Source of the DNA: Isurus oxyrinchus
Lineage: Eukaryota
Assembly (NCBI GenBank): GCA_026770705.1
Contig: JANJGN010000027.1
Coordinates: 18,104,001-18,168,000 of the forward strand
Direction: 5' to 3'
Length of the DNA stretch: 64,000 bases
The notes beneath the pieces are model-generated. The model saw nothing but the letters and a program-made list of their open reading frames with translations, was not told where the DNA came from and searched no databases. Shown here piece after piece: positions 24,385 to 36,700 of this stretch. Numbering within the stretch: position 1 is the stretch's first letter; the number at the start of each line of letters is the position of its first letter. The translations under genes were made by a program, and so were the position numbers.

Positions 24385-27247
24385 TTGATGAATCAGGCTC
24401 CTCCATGTTGAACAACACTTGGAGAAAGCACTGAGGGTAGCAAGGGTGCAGAATGTAGTCTGTGTGAGGGACTTCAATGTCCATCACCAACAGTGGCTCG
24501 GTAGCACCACTGACTGAGTTGGTTGAGTCCCAAATGACATAGCTGCTTGACTGGGTCTGCAGCAGGTGGTGAGGGAACCAACAAGAGGGAAAAACATATT
24601 TGACCTCATCCTCGCCAACCTACCTGCTGCAGATGCATCTGTCCGTGACAGTATCGGGAGGAATGACCACTGCACAATCCTTATGGAGATGAAATCCTAC
24701 TTTCACATTGAGGATACCCTCCATTGTGTTGTGTGGCACTACCACTGTGCTAAATGGGATAGATTTCGAACAGATCTAGCAACTCAATACTGGGCATCCA
24801 TGAGGCGCTGTGGACCATCAGCAGCAGCAGAATTGTACTCAAACACAATCTGTAACCTCATGGCTCGGCATATCCCCCACTCTACCATTAACATTAAGCC
24901 AGGGGATCAATCCTGGTTCAATGAAGAGTGCAGAGGGCATGCCAGGAGCAGCACCAGACATACCTAAAAATTGAGATGTCAACCTGGTGAAGTTATAACA
25001 CAGGACTACTTGCATGCCAAACAGCATTAGCAGCGACTGAAAGACAGAGCGAAGTGATCCCAAAAGCAGCGGATCAGATCTAAGCTCTGGAGTCCTGCCA
25101 CATCCAGTCATGAATGATGGTGGACAATTAAACAACTCGAGGAGGAGGCTACACAAATATCCCCATCCTCAATAATGGAGGAGCCCAGCACAGCAGCGCA
25201 AAAGATAAGGCTGAAGCATTCACAACAACCTTCAGCCAGAAGTGCCGATTGGATGATCCACCTCAGCCTACTACAGAAGTCCCCAGCATCACAGATACCT
25301 GTCTTCAGCCAATTCAATCACTCCAAGTGATATCAAGAAACTGCTGAACGCACTACATACTGCAAAAGCTATGGGCCCTGACAATATTCTGACAATAGTA
25401 CTGAAGAATTGTGCTCCAGAACTTGCCGCAACCCTAGCCAAGCTGTTCCAGTACAGCTACAATGTTGTCATCTCCCCAGCTATGTGGAAAATTGCCCAGC
25501 TGTGTTATGTACACAAAAAGCAGGATAAAACCAACCCAGACAATTACCGTCCTATCAGTCTACTGTCCATCATCAGTAAAGTAATGGAAGGGGTCATCAA
25601 CAGTGCTACCAAGCAGCACTTACTTAGCAATAACCTGCTCGCTGACGCCCAGTTTGGGTTTCACTAGGGCCACTCAGCTCCTGACCTCATTACAGCCTTG
25701 GTTTGAACATGGACAAAAGAGCTGAACTCCCTAGGTGAGCTGAGAGTGACTGCCCTTGACATCAAGGCAGCATTTGACTGATTGTGGCATCAAGGAGTCC
25801 TAGCAAAACTGGAGTCAGTGGGAATCGGGGAAAACTCTCTGCTGGGTAATGTCATACTGAGCACAAAGGATGATGGCTGTGTAATTGGAGGTCAGTCATC
25901 TCAGCTCCAGGACATCACTGCAGGAGTTCCTTAGAGTAGTGTCCTCGGCCCAAACATCTTCAGTTGCTTCATCCTTCCATCCTGACCTTTCTTCCATCAT
26001 AAGGTCAGAAATGGGGATGTTTGCTGATGATTGCACAATGTTCAGCAGTATTCACGACTCCTCAGATACTAAAGCAATCCTTGTCCAAATGCAGCAAGAC
26101 CTGGACAATATCCAGGCTTGGGATGACGTATGGCAAGTAACATTCGTGCCACACAAGTTCAGGCAATGACCATCTCCAACAAGAGAGAATACAACCATCG
26201 CTGCTTGATGTTTGATGGCATTACAATCACTGAATTTTTTTGATTCATCCATGGGATGTGGGCATCGCTGGCTAGGCCAGCATTTATTGCCCATCCCTAA
26301 CTGCCCTTGTTTAGCGGGCATTTTAAGAGTCAACCACATTGCTATGGGTCAGGAGTCCCATGTAGGCCAGACCAGATAAGGGTGGCAGAGTTCCTTCCCT
26401 AAAGGACACCAGTGAACCAGATGGGTTTTTGCAACAATTGGCAATGCTCATCATCAGACTTTTAATTCCAGATTTATATTGGATTCAAATTTCACCATCT
26501 GCCATGGTGGGATTTGAACCCGGGTCCCCAGAGTCTCTGGAATATTAATCCAGTGGAATATGGAATATTAATCCCCACTAACAGCATCCTGGTTACCCTT
26601 GACCAGAAACTGAACTGGACTAGCTATATAAATACTGTGGCTACAAGAGCAGATCAGACGCTAGGAATCCTGTGACAAGTAACTCACCTCCTGACTCCCC
26701 AAAGCCTGTCCACCATCTACAAGGCACAAGTCAGGAGTATGATGGAATATTTCACACTTGCCTGGATGGGTGCAGCTCCCACAACACTAAATAAGTTTGA
26801 CACCATCGAGGACAAAGCAGCACACTTGATTGGCACCACATCCACAAACATTCACTTGCTCCACCACCGACGCTCAGTAGCAGCAGTGTGTACCATCTAC
26901 ACGATGCACTGCAGGAATTCATCAAGGCTCCTTCAATAGCACCTTCCAAACCCATGACCACTACCATCTAAAAGGACAAAGGCAGCAGATAGATGGGAAC
27001 ACCACCACCTGGAAGTTCCCCTCCAAGTCACTCACCATCCTGACTTGGAGCTTTTTCGCTGTTCCTTCACTGTCTCTGGGTCAAAATCCTGGAACTCCTT
27101 TCCTAACAGCACTGTGGGTGTACCTACACCACATGGACTGCAGTGGTTCAAGAAGGCAGCTCACCTTCTCGAGGGCAACAGGGGATTTGCAATCAACGCT
27201 GGCCCAGCCAGTGAAGCCCACATCCCGTGAATGAATTTTAAAAAAAA
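24385..27247 (+). mobile_element. 5'-truncated second copy of the single-ORF LINE family
   Basis: VVREPTRGKNIFDLILANLP, MGPDNILTIVLKNCAPELA..NYRPISLLSIISKVME, MFADDCTMF; tail gaagcccacatcccgtgaatgaattttaaaaaaaa; collinear with 10975-13808. Confidence 0.92.
26235..26572 (-). mobile_element. SINE made of the head/central domain plus the 3' tail of the single-ORF LINE, inserted antisense into a LINE copy
   Basis: Minus strand: B box GGTTCAAATCC (26510-26520), central block matching 10380-10490, then tail matching 13745-13808. Confidence 0.85.
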
Positions 27248-28299
27248 GAGGGGTACTTGAAAGTAGTGGTGTTCTCATGCATTTGCTGCCCTTATACTTC
27301 TAGGTAGAAGAGGCTGTGGAATTGGAAGGTGCTGTCGAAGGACCTTTGGCTGCAGTGAATATTGTAAATCAGTGGTTCCCAAAATCTAACACATGTACCC
27401 CTGACAGTACAGCGGTTGTCTCTATGGGCAACCTTTCTTTTAATTGTGTAATGGCGAACTTTCAGGATAAGAATTTTTTTTGACTTCTGTCTCTCCCTCT
27501 CCATCGTCCAGGGCTTCCCAAACACAACTGTTTCTGGTGTTCAGGCTCACGCGCCACCATTCACTTTCTCGCTGCTCCTCCAATCTTAGGTTGTTTCTCT
27601 CCCATTCTTACTTCTAATAGGCACACTAGTGAGATGCATTTGTGTCCAATAGCAGCAAATGCGGGAGGGAAACAATCTGTGAATGGAGAAGCAGTGATCA
27701 ACTGGAAGGTGATTGCCTGCACAAGAGTTTCAGCATTGATACGGTGGTGGTGTGAGAGCAGCAACTGCTGGCCAAAGCACTAACCGAGTGGGAGAGGTGG
27801 CTGCTGGACCCACAGGCTGGTGGTCTGTTGGGCCGACACAGCCGGTCTGGTGGAGGCCAACACCCTAAAGGAGCCATTCTCTCAAAAAGTGAAAAGAAGT
27901 AAGTGGGTATAGGGTGTTTTGAGAGGAGAGACTGCTGAGTGAGTTGGGGGTGTGGGAAGAGTGAGTAAGTGGGAGATTGGGAAGAAGGACTACTGTGAGT
28001 GAATGGGGTGCTAGAGGGTTTGGGAAGAAATGCTGTTGAATGAGTGATTTAGGGGGGAAGGTGGTTTGCGGAGAGGCACTTCAGGTGCTTATCTTCCAAC
28101 AAACAAGCTCATCCATCACACTAATGGTAAGAAAAAAATTATTATTATTATGGACATAATACCTGTAATGTGTAATTATAATGATTAACTAAACGTGTGG
28201 TCATTAGAGTGGTAGTTAAAAACAAATTTGCTTGTGCAGGTATGCAAAAAGTCAGTAATTCTGAAAGCAGCACAAACCAAAAGAGTTTGGGATTCACTG

Positions 28300-29785
28300 T
28301 TGCAGGCGGCACACACTGCTACTACTGTGCATCAGTGAAGGAGTGACTGTTTAAGCTGGTGGAGGGGGTGCCAATCAAGTGGGCTGCTTCACCCTGCATG
28401 ATGTCGAGCTTCTTGAGTGTTGTTGGGGCTGCACTCACCCAGGCAGGTGGAGAGCATTCCATCATTCTCCTGACTTGTGCCTTGTAGATGGTGGACAAGG
28501 CTTGGGGAGTCAGGTGGTGAGCTACAGAATTCCCAGTCTCTGATCTTGTCTTGTAGCCACAGTATTTCTGTGGCCACTCCAGTTAAGTTTCTGGTCAATG
28601 ATAACCCCCCCCAGGATGTTGATAGTGGGTGATTCCATGATGGTAATGCTGTTGAGCATCAATGGGAGATGGTTAGATGCTCTATTGCAAGAGATCATTA
28701 TAGCTTGTCACTTGTGTGGTACAATGTTACTTGCCACTTATCAGCCCAAACCTGAATGTTTTCCATGTCTTACTGCATGTGGGCATTGACTGCTTCTTTG
28801 TCTGAACAGTTGCAAATGGTACAATTATCAGCGAACGTCCCCACTTCAGGCATTATGTTGGAGGGGAGGTAATTAATGAAACAGCTGATGATGATTGGGA
28901 CTATGACACTATCCTCAGGAGCTCCTGCAGTGATGTCCTGGGTGGAGATGATTGGCCTCAAACAACAATCTTCCTTTGTGCTCAGTATGACTCCAACCAG
29001 TGGAGAGTTTTCCCCCGATTCTGATTGACTTCAAGTTTGCAAAGGCCCTTGATGCCACGCTTGGTCAAATGCTGCCTTGGTATCAAGGACAGTCATTCTC
29101 AGCTCCTCTCTGAAATTCAGCTGTCTTGTCCATGCTTGGACCAAAGCTGTATTGAGGTCTGGAGCCAAATGACTCTGGCTGAACCCAAACTGAGCATCAG
29201 TGAGAATGTTATTGTTGAGTAAGTGCCGCTCGAAAGCACTTTCCATCATTTTCCTGATGATTGTGAGCAGACTGTATGGGTAGTAATTGACCTGATTGGA
29301 TTTGTCCTGCTTTTTGTGGACAGAAGGCCAGAAGTGGGAATGTTCACTGAAGATTGCATAATGTTCTGTACCATTTGTAATTCCTCAGATAAAGAAGCAG
29401 TCAGTTCCCACATGCAGCAAGATCTGGACAACATTCAGGCTTGGGCTGATAAGAGGCAAGTAACTACAGGCAGGATGTTGTCAGAACCCATAGCCTTTGC
29501 TGCATCCAGTGCTTCAGCAGTTTCTTGATTTCACATGAAGAGATCTATGATGGTGGGAACCTCTGGAAGTGGCTGCAGTTGATTATCCATTCAGCACTTC
29601 TGGCTGAAGATGGTTGCAAATGCTGCAGCCTTGTCTTTTGTGTTGATCAGCTGGGCTCCCTCATAATTGAGAATGGTGCTATTTTTGGAGCCTTCTCCTC
29701 TGGTTTGTTTAATTGGCCACCATCATTCATGGCTGAATATGGTGGGAATGAAGATTTTTGATCTGATTGGTTGTGGGATGTTGCC
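28300..29785 (-). mobile_element. Third, more diverged copy of the single-ORF LINE (RT region), with an inverted internal piece at about 29325-29465
   Basis: HLLNNNILTDAQFGFSQSHLAPDL..LDTKAAFDQAWHQG (29031-29249 -), EVGTFADNCT (28770-28961 -); plus-strand EVGMFTEDCIMF..MQQDLDNIQAWADK in ORF 29223-29528. Confidence 0.85.
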
Positions 29786-31519
29786 TAGTATGAAGTATAT
29801 ATTCAAATAAACACTAAAAAGTTTATTGTTTCATTTGAACAATGTGGTTTATGTTGCATTTTAAACAAGTGTTTATAATTAGCAGGCTGCTTCTAATAGT
29901 TAAGGATCTAGGATGAAGGACTATGGATATAAGATTAAATATAAAAGATTTAAAACAGAGCATGAGAAGTTTCTTTTCACAAAGTTGTGAAGCTGTTTCA
30001 ATTATTGGATAAGTTGGTGAATGAAAGTGGATTGAAGGGAAATGGGAACAGGGTAGATAAATATGACTAAAGCTACTTGAGTAGAGGCTAAATACAGATG
30101 CAGACTGGTTGGGCCAAATGGCCTGCTTGCACATTGCATTTTCTATCTTTTTCAATAAAAAACATAACTCAATACAGCCTTGAATGCTAATGGTTCTGGC
30201 AGGAATGGCACACAATTACATGGAGTAATTTTTGTAGGGTTGCTGAAGATTGATACTCCCCATTACCTAAGTTTAATCATTTGGTAAAATCTGTTCTAAA
30301 TAACAATTTTGAATAACATTTAAATTTTTTTGGGTTGCAATAGCAAAGGTGCAGAATAATCCTTAAACTACTCAATGTACATCAGAAACTGTTCTACAGC
30401 ATATTTGACAAAAGGGGAGAAAAAATCCAAGGATTAATGTCCATCATTTTGACCATAATCATGTAATTATAACTCTGTAGTGCACCCTGATTCATTTTAT
30501 GTTCAAGTATATCAAACATGTCTGTCTGTTTTTGCCTTTCTTTTTTGCATTCTTAATTGCTTAGAATACAAAGTAACATTTATCTCTTTTTCTTGTCAAA
30601 CTTATATTTAAGTGCTACTAGAAGGTTATTCATTATTGCCATGATTATTATTGGATGCAGAAAAATGGCATTCTTAACTTGGAAAAAGTAATTTAAAAAA
30701 AAGGTTTTATTATCAAGATGTAAATTGGACTGATGTGTACTCTTAAGCAATATTCACAGTATTGAAGTTCACAATGAGTGGACAAATAAACAGAAGAAAA
30801 TTTACCTTTTTGTACTATCTTGGGTGATAGGAATGCTTTTATTTATTCAGCAATATAATAATAGTGTTAAGGGTTTTTTTTTAAAAAAAGATGCATATTC
30901 CTGAATCTTCTAAAGGGAATGTTGAGCAAAATGAATTATAGCAAGTGTGTAGTTTTGGTTTGATTTATTTTGTAAGTGATGGACTGTTCCTTCAATAACA
31001 TTTGCAACATTTTTTTTATTTGAATAAATAATATTGTTGCTTTTTTAGCTAGGATAGCTGCCTCAATATGAAAAAAGAGTAATAGTTTTAAAAAATCAGT
31101 AATAAAATTCAGTTTTATTAAAAGCCCAGTAATATCTAGATTTGTGATATCTATCCCTTTTTGAAAATCTCAGTGATGCGATCTAAAAAAATGTTAAATT
31201 TCATTTGTATTCATCTTAAACCATTTTTAATCATGGCAGTTGACATTTTACCCTTTTTGCATTAAAAAAATTACCTAGAAGAGATGTAACATTATGAAGG
31301 TTGTAAAGTGTACCTTTTTATTTTTGAGAAAGGCATGGACAAAAAAATTACACTTTTGTTTTCTGTTACTTTAGCATTCAATAAAATTGTGTAATTTTTG
31401 TCAATGCTTTAATTAAACTAAATACGTAGGTACAATTTTTCAAAAGTAAGGGGAAACGTATACATGTTTCATATCTTGATGAAAGATGGGATAGTGATGG
31501 ATTTGAGTTTTCATCTTTC

Positions 31520-32158
31520 AGTTAGTGGGATGGTGAAAAAGGCATGTGGGACACTTGCCTTTATCGATCAAGGCATTGATTACAAAAGTAGGAAGGTCAT
31601 GTTGGAGTTGTATAGAACCTTGGAGCTGGAGAACTGTGTGCAGTTCTGGTCACCCATTGTGGGAAGGGTGTGATTGCACTGGAGGGGGTGCAGAGGAGAT
31701 TCACCAGGATGTTGCCTGGGATGAAACATTTAAGTTATGAAGAGAGGTTGGGTTGTTTTCGTTGTAGCAGAGAAGAGTGAGGGGCGACCTGATCGAGGTG
31801 TACAAGATTATGGGGCATGGACAGGGTGGATAGGGAGCAACTGTTCCCCTTAGTTGAAGGGTCAGTCACAAGGGAACATAAGTTGAAGGTGTGGGGCAGG
31901 AGGTTTGGGGGGATGTGAGGAAAAACTTCTTTACCCAGAGGGTGGTAATGGTCTGGAATGCACTGCCAGGGAGGGTGGTGGAGGCGGGTTGCCTCACATT
32001 CTTTAAAAAGTACCTGGATGAGCACTTGGTACGTCCTAACATTCAAGGGTATGGGCCAAGTGCTGGTAAATGGGATTAGGTAGGTAGGTCAGGTGTTTCT
32101 CACTTGTCGGTGCAAACTTGATGGGCCGAAGGGCCTCTTCTGCACTGTGAGATTCTGA
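31520..32158 (+). mobile_element. CR1 (HER1-like) 3' fragment
   Basis: KKACGTLAFIDQGIDYKSRKVMLELYRTL..CVQFWSP; DVRKNFFTQRVVMVWNALP; tail gggccgaagggcctcttctgcactgtgagattctg. Confidence 0.88.
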
Positions 32159-32414
32159 GTTGCCATAATTAATTTGGCAGAAAGGCACAAATGTATAATA
32201 GTTGATTGTTCTATAACGAATGTTGAACATACTATTAATTAACTTTTGCAGCAGTTACCCTTGGGCATTAACCTTGTTCATTGATAACATTTAGGAAAAA
32301 TGTATGTAAAGTGTGTATGCAGCCAGTGATGTATACACACCTTATGAAATGGAAATGTCCTTTCAAGAATAATATATATATTTTAAGATTTGCCTGAGTT
32401 GTCTTGTGGGGAGG

Positions 32415-32860
32415 AACTGTACAGGCTGGGCTTGTATCTGCTGGAGTTTGGAAGAGTTGAGAGGTGACTTGATTGAAATATATAGGTTCCTGAAGGGACT
32501 TGGCAGGATGGATGTGGAAAGGATGTTTCCTCTTGTGGAGGAGTCTGGAACTAGGGGCCACTGTTTAAGAATTGGGGGTTGCCTATTTCAGACAGAGATG
32601 AGGAAAACATTTTTTCTGAGGGTTGAGACACTTTGGAATTTTCTTCCCCAAAAGGTAGTTGAGGCAGAGTCTTTGAACATCTTGAAGGCAGAAGTATGTA
32701 GATTCTTGATAAGCAAGGGGGTGAAAGGTTAATGGGGGAGGGGGAGGCAGGAATGTAAATTTGAAGTTAAAATTATATTGGCCATGATCTTGTTGAATGG
32801 TGGAGCAGGCTTGAGGGGCTGAGTGGCCTACTCTGCTCCTAATTCATGTGTTCATATGTC
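32415..32860 (+). mobile_element. CR1 3' fragment
   Basis: LRGDLIEIYRFLKGLGRMDVERMFPLVEESGTRGHCL..WNFLPQKVVEAESLNILKAE. Confidence 0.85.
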
Positions 32861-33344
32861 TGTAATCTGATTGAAGGTTTCAACTGACATGATATTGCTT
32901 TAATAGCTCTATAATAAGCATAACTGCCCCTGATTTATACCCTAATTAGAAACTAAATGCATTTTCATTTCAGTTTTATCATTTACAATAATTGTTTGCG
33001 CTTGTGTATCTGTCTTGCTTGACCTCTGCAATTTATCTGATTCAGGCATTGCAACACCATTAGCCCTATAATGCAGCAACATAATAAGTGCTGTGTTGGT
33101 CAGGTATCATTTTGCATTACAGACATGTACCCATCATATTATGTCTTGTACCAAATAGCATTTGGTGTTTCACAGGTAGCCAGAGTGCCCAAAGGCAGAC
33201 TTTCTGATATAAGTATAATGGCCTGGGAGATTGTATTCATCAGAGTTAATTTGCACTGTATTTATGTAGATGTAATTTTTGAGGGTCTATGTTTGCTAAT
33301 AAACTGTTATGCAGCTAATTTGGCGCTGGTTTACACCAACACAG

Positions 33345-33778
33345 TGGAAGTCAGCGTGTCTGCCCTTGACATCAAGCCAGATTTGATTGAGTGTGAAGGA
33401 GCCCCACAAAGTTAAAGTCACTGGGAATCACCCCAACTATCCCCAAAAAAAATCGCCACTGATTGGAGTTATACGTAGCACAAAGGAAGATGATTGGGTT
33501 GTTGGAGGCTAATCATCCCAGTCCCAGGACATTGCTGCAGGCATTCCTTACAGTAGTATCCTAGGCCCAACGATCTGCTTCATCAACCACCTTCCTTCCA
33601 TAATATGGTTAGAAGTGGGGATGTTTGCTGATGATTGCACAATGTTCAATAACATTCGCAATTCCTCAGATACTGAAGCTGTCCATGCCAATATGCAGCA
33701 AGACGTAGACAATGTTCAAGCTTGGGCAACAAATGCTGGCCTTGCCAGTGGCACCCATATCCCATGAAAGAATAAAAC
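33345..33778 (+). mobile_element. Internally deleted fragment of the single-ORF LINE family (RT piece joined to 3' tail)
   Basis: ALDIK..., gtggggatgtttgctgatgattgcacaatg (FADD), then aaatgctggccttgccagtggcacccatatcccatgaaagaataaaa. Confidence 0.8.
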
Positions 33779-36700
33779 ATGGGATCAATATCATGTAGTC
33801 TAACAGCAATCTGAGATGAAAATGTTCCAGCCTAATCTCTCTGAATCAAAAATACAAGTGGCATTCAAATGAAGGGGCCTGTATTAAAGATGCTTAATTC
33901 ATAATTTTGTGGCTGTTGGTATGAGTTCAAACCTCACTGATATGAAGCAACCTTATTGAACAATTGGGTTTGACACCTCACTGAAGTGACATCTAACCTT
34001 TTGAAGAAAACCTTATTTAATATTTTTTTCCCTCTGCTGCAGACTTAACTCTTGTCAAATGGAGAGATCATTTACTTGCCAAGACTTCAAAGTCAGCCTA
34101 TGATAAATAAACTTGAATTATCGATATCCATAGTATACATCATTAAAAAGAAAGTCTCTGTTGTTTAAGAAATAGTCAAGGTGGACCAATCATCAGAGAA
34201 AATCTACTGGAGTTGTCACAGTCGAGATCAGTGGAAAATCTTAAAAGGAACTCCTTTTAAAAATACATTTCCTGTTCCATTGTTCCACATTAACTTCCAG
34301 ATCTGAGATTGTTTTCAAACTGTAGCTGCTCTCCTATCACTGATAACTAATAGCTATATGGTTAGGGATGTATGGAACAAGTACAATCTGGGATATTGTT
34401 TAAATACTATTCTTTTAAGCCCATCTCATTTACTCAATCTGAGCACTGTTGAGAGGAATACTACAGTAATCCTGCAATAGCAGGTGGTGTTCCTTTCATA
34501 TTGGTATAAAACGAAATGGTGTGGATATTTTTCAATTCACTCTTTTTAATCTTTAAATAAAACGATTGATAGCCTGTTGGCAAGAAAATGGGCTCTGAAT
34601 CTTATTCAAAAGTTGTATGGGAATGATGGTTGGAATTTTGGCAGGAGGCAACCAATTCCCTTTCAGAGAATGCTGTCAAGGGAAGCTTTTGCTGAGTTAC
34701 CTGCTGGGTCCAAGCTCTTTTATGCTGCTGTTGTGACAGGTAGATTTATAAGGCTTGAAATTTGTACAAATCAGTTGTCATTCACGGCAAGCTGTCAATG
34801 TGTCAAGCTGTCACGCCTGCTGCGAGGGGATGCCTGAGGGGGTGTGTGAGGGGGCAACTGCAGAGAGAGAAAATGAGTTCAAACAGATCTGAAACAGAGC
34901 TCAATTCTATGGGATTTTTCCCCTGTAGAGCAAGCATTGATTTTCCTTGATGTTGAGCAACAGCAAACCTGAAATGACATGTTGTTCACAATATAAGTTG
35001 CTGTTTATTGTCTTTTAAATGACATCAAATCATGCAGAAAAGAATTTTGAGTGCATTTTTTGTTCACAGAATTCTGCATGTTTAACAGCATCCTGTTCTT
35101 GTCACTTTGCTGGGCTAGTTGTTTTTATATGGAATCATGCCGTTGTATTGATAACTGTTACTGTCCTCATCTTGCAATAGTTATGACATGAAGAATGTTT
35201 TTTTTACATTTTTTTCCCCCTGAAAGACTTGATATTTCAGGTTCCTTTGATCTTTAGAATTAAGCTTGTTTTGCATAGGGTACATCCTGAGTAACAGACA
35301 ACCTGGACATCGTCCAGACTTTCTTGCTTTTTACACATCTGGGTTGTGTATCGCTGCCTTAATTAGTCATATCATTCTTGCCCAGTGGTTGATCCATCAT
35401 CTATCAGACAGAGAAAATGGCTGGGGATAGAAAGTGGGAAGGTGACACTTGAGGAACAGTCACTACTATGAGGTAAAAAAATTAATCAAAGATCCATGTT
35501 TCCATATAACCATTACCAACTGGCACTTGTGGTCTCAGAGCCTTTGAGCTAAAAAGTCTACAGAGAGGCTTGCAGCACAGCTGAGTTTGTCTTGTAAAAG
35601 TGCAGCTGTCCAAGACATGACAGCTACAGCATTAGCAGGGCCATTAAGAGGTGTAGAACATTTCCAGGGAAATGATTTGAAAAATGACAATACGGGCTCC
35701 AGCTTGATATTAATTATACCTTGTACTCATGGCAAATAAGCTAAAATAGTTGGCAGGAAAGACAAAGTGGGTTGTCTTGTTGTTTTAGTTGCTCCTTCTG
35801 ATCATAAGCAGTTCCAACCAGGTACATGTGTCCCTAAAGCACAAACCATGTGCGATATAATTCAGTGTTTGGTTCAAATGGGATAAAATATAATCAAGGT
35901 TATAATAAGGGTCAAAATATAAGGGTCAAAAATAAGACCCATATAATGGTCAAAAATATGCTTCACTGAAGTTTTCATATTGAAGTGCTAAAGAGGATGT
36001 CAGACGATGAAATTGTGATTACCATATCAAGCCTCTTCCCTGAGTAAACTCTGGTAGGTTATTGATTTTGCAATGATGCTCTGCTTACTTTCATTAACAC
36101 AGCAAAGTAACTGGAGTCTTTTTCTTTATCATTTTCTTTTTAGAACTGAGATGGGGAAAAAGATAATAGAATTCTGTGCTGTATTTTAAAAGTCAAAAAT
36201 CAACAACAGTGTAACAAGTTGAAATGATTTGCAATTAATAACATTTATTTAATCAAAGCATCTTGACATGAAGATGAATTCCTAATGTGCTGGTACTCAT
36301 TTTGAATAGCTTTCTTTGTGAGCAAGGACTTAATGATATATTTTCATTTGTTTACAAACAAATGGTGCAAACCTAATTAATTTTGGAATGCATCAGTTAA
36401 TTAATATGTTAATTAGTTAATGTGACACACAGTTCTTCTGAAACTCTCTTCTTCACAAACCAAAAAGGTAGAATGTCAAACTTTTCTTTTCTCTGGAAGC
36501 AATGCTCTTTTTTCCAAGTTTAAAAGTTCTGAGCAGAATCAACTTGAATGTAGAAAATAATAAGATATACATTTCTATACCGAGTCATTGATTCTTAATA
36601 TGCCATATGTAATGTACCTTTAATGAATGATAAGTAATTTGGTAGTGTATAAATCCTACAAAATCAAATTAAATTATGCTCATATTTGTGGAAAAACATA

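Noticed and set aside
29823-30215. 130-aa minus-strand ORF and similar short AT-rich ORFs (33071-33415, 37024-37332, 52569-52829)
   Set aside because: No recognisable motifs; consistent with chance ORFs or antisense of decayed CR1 tails.
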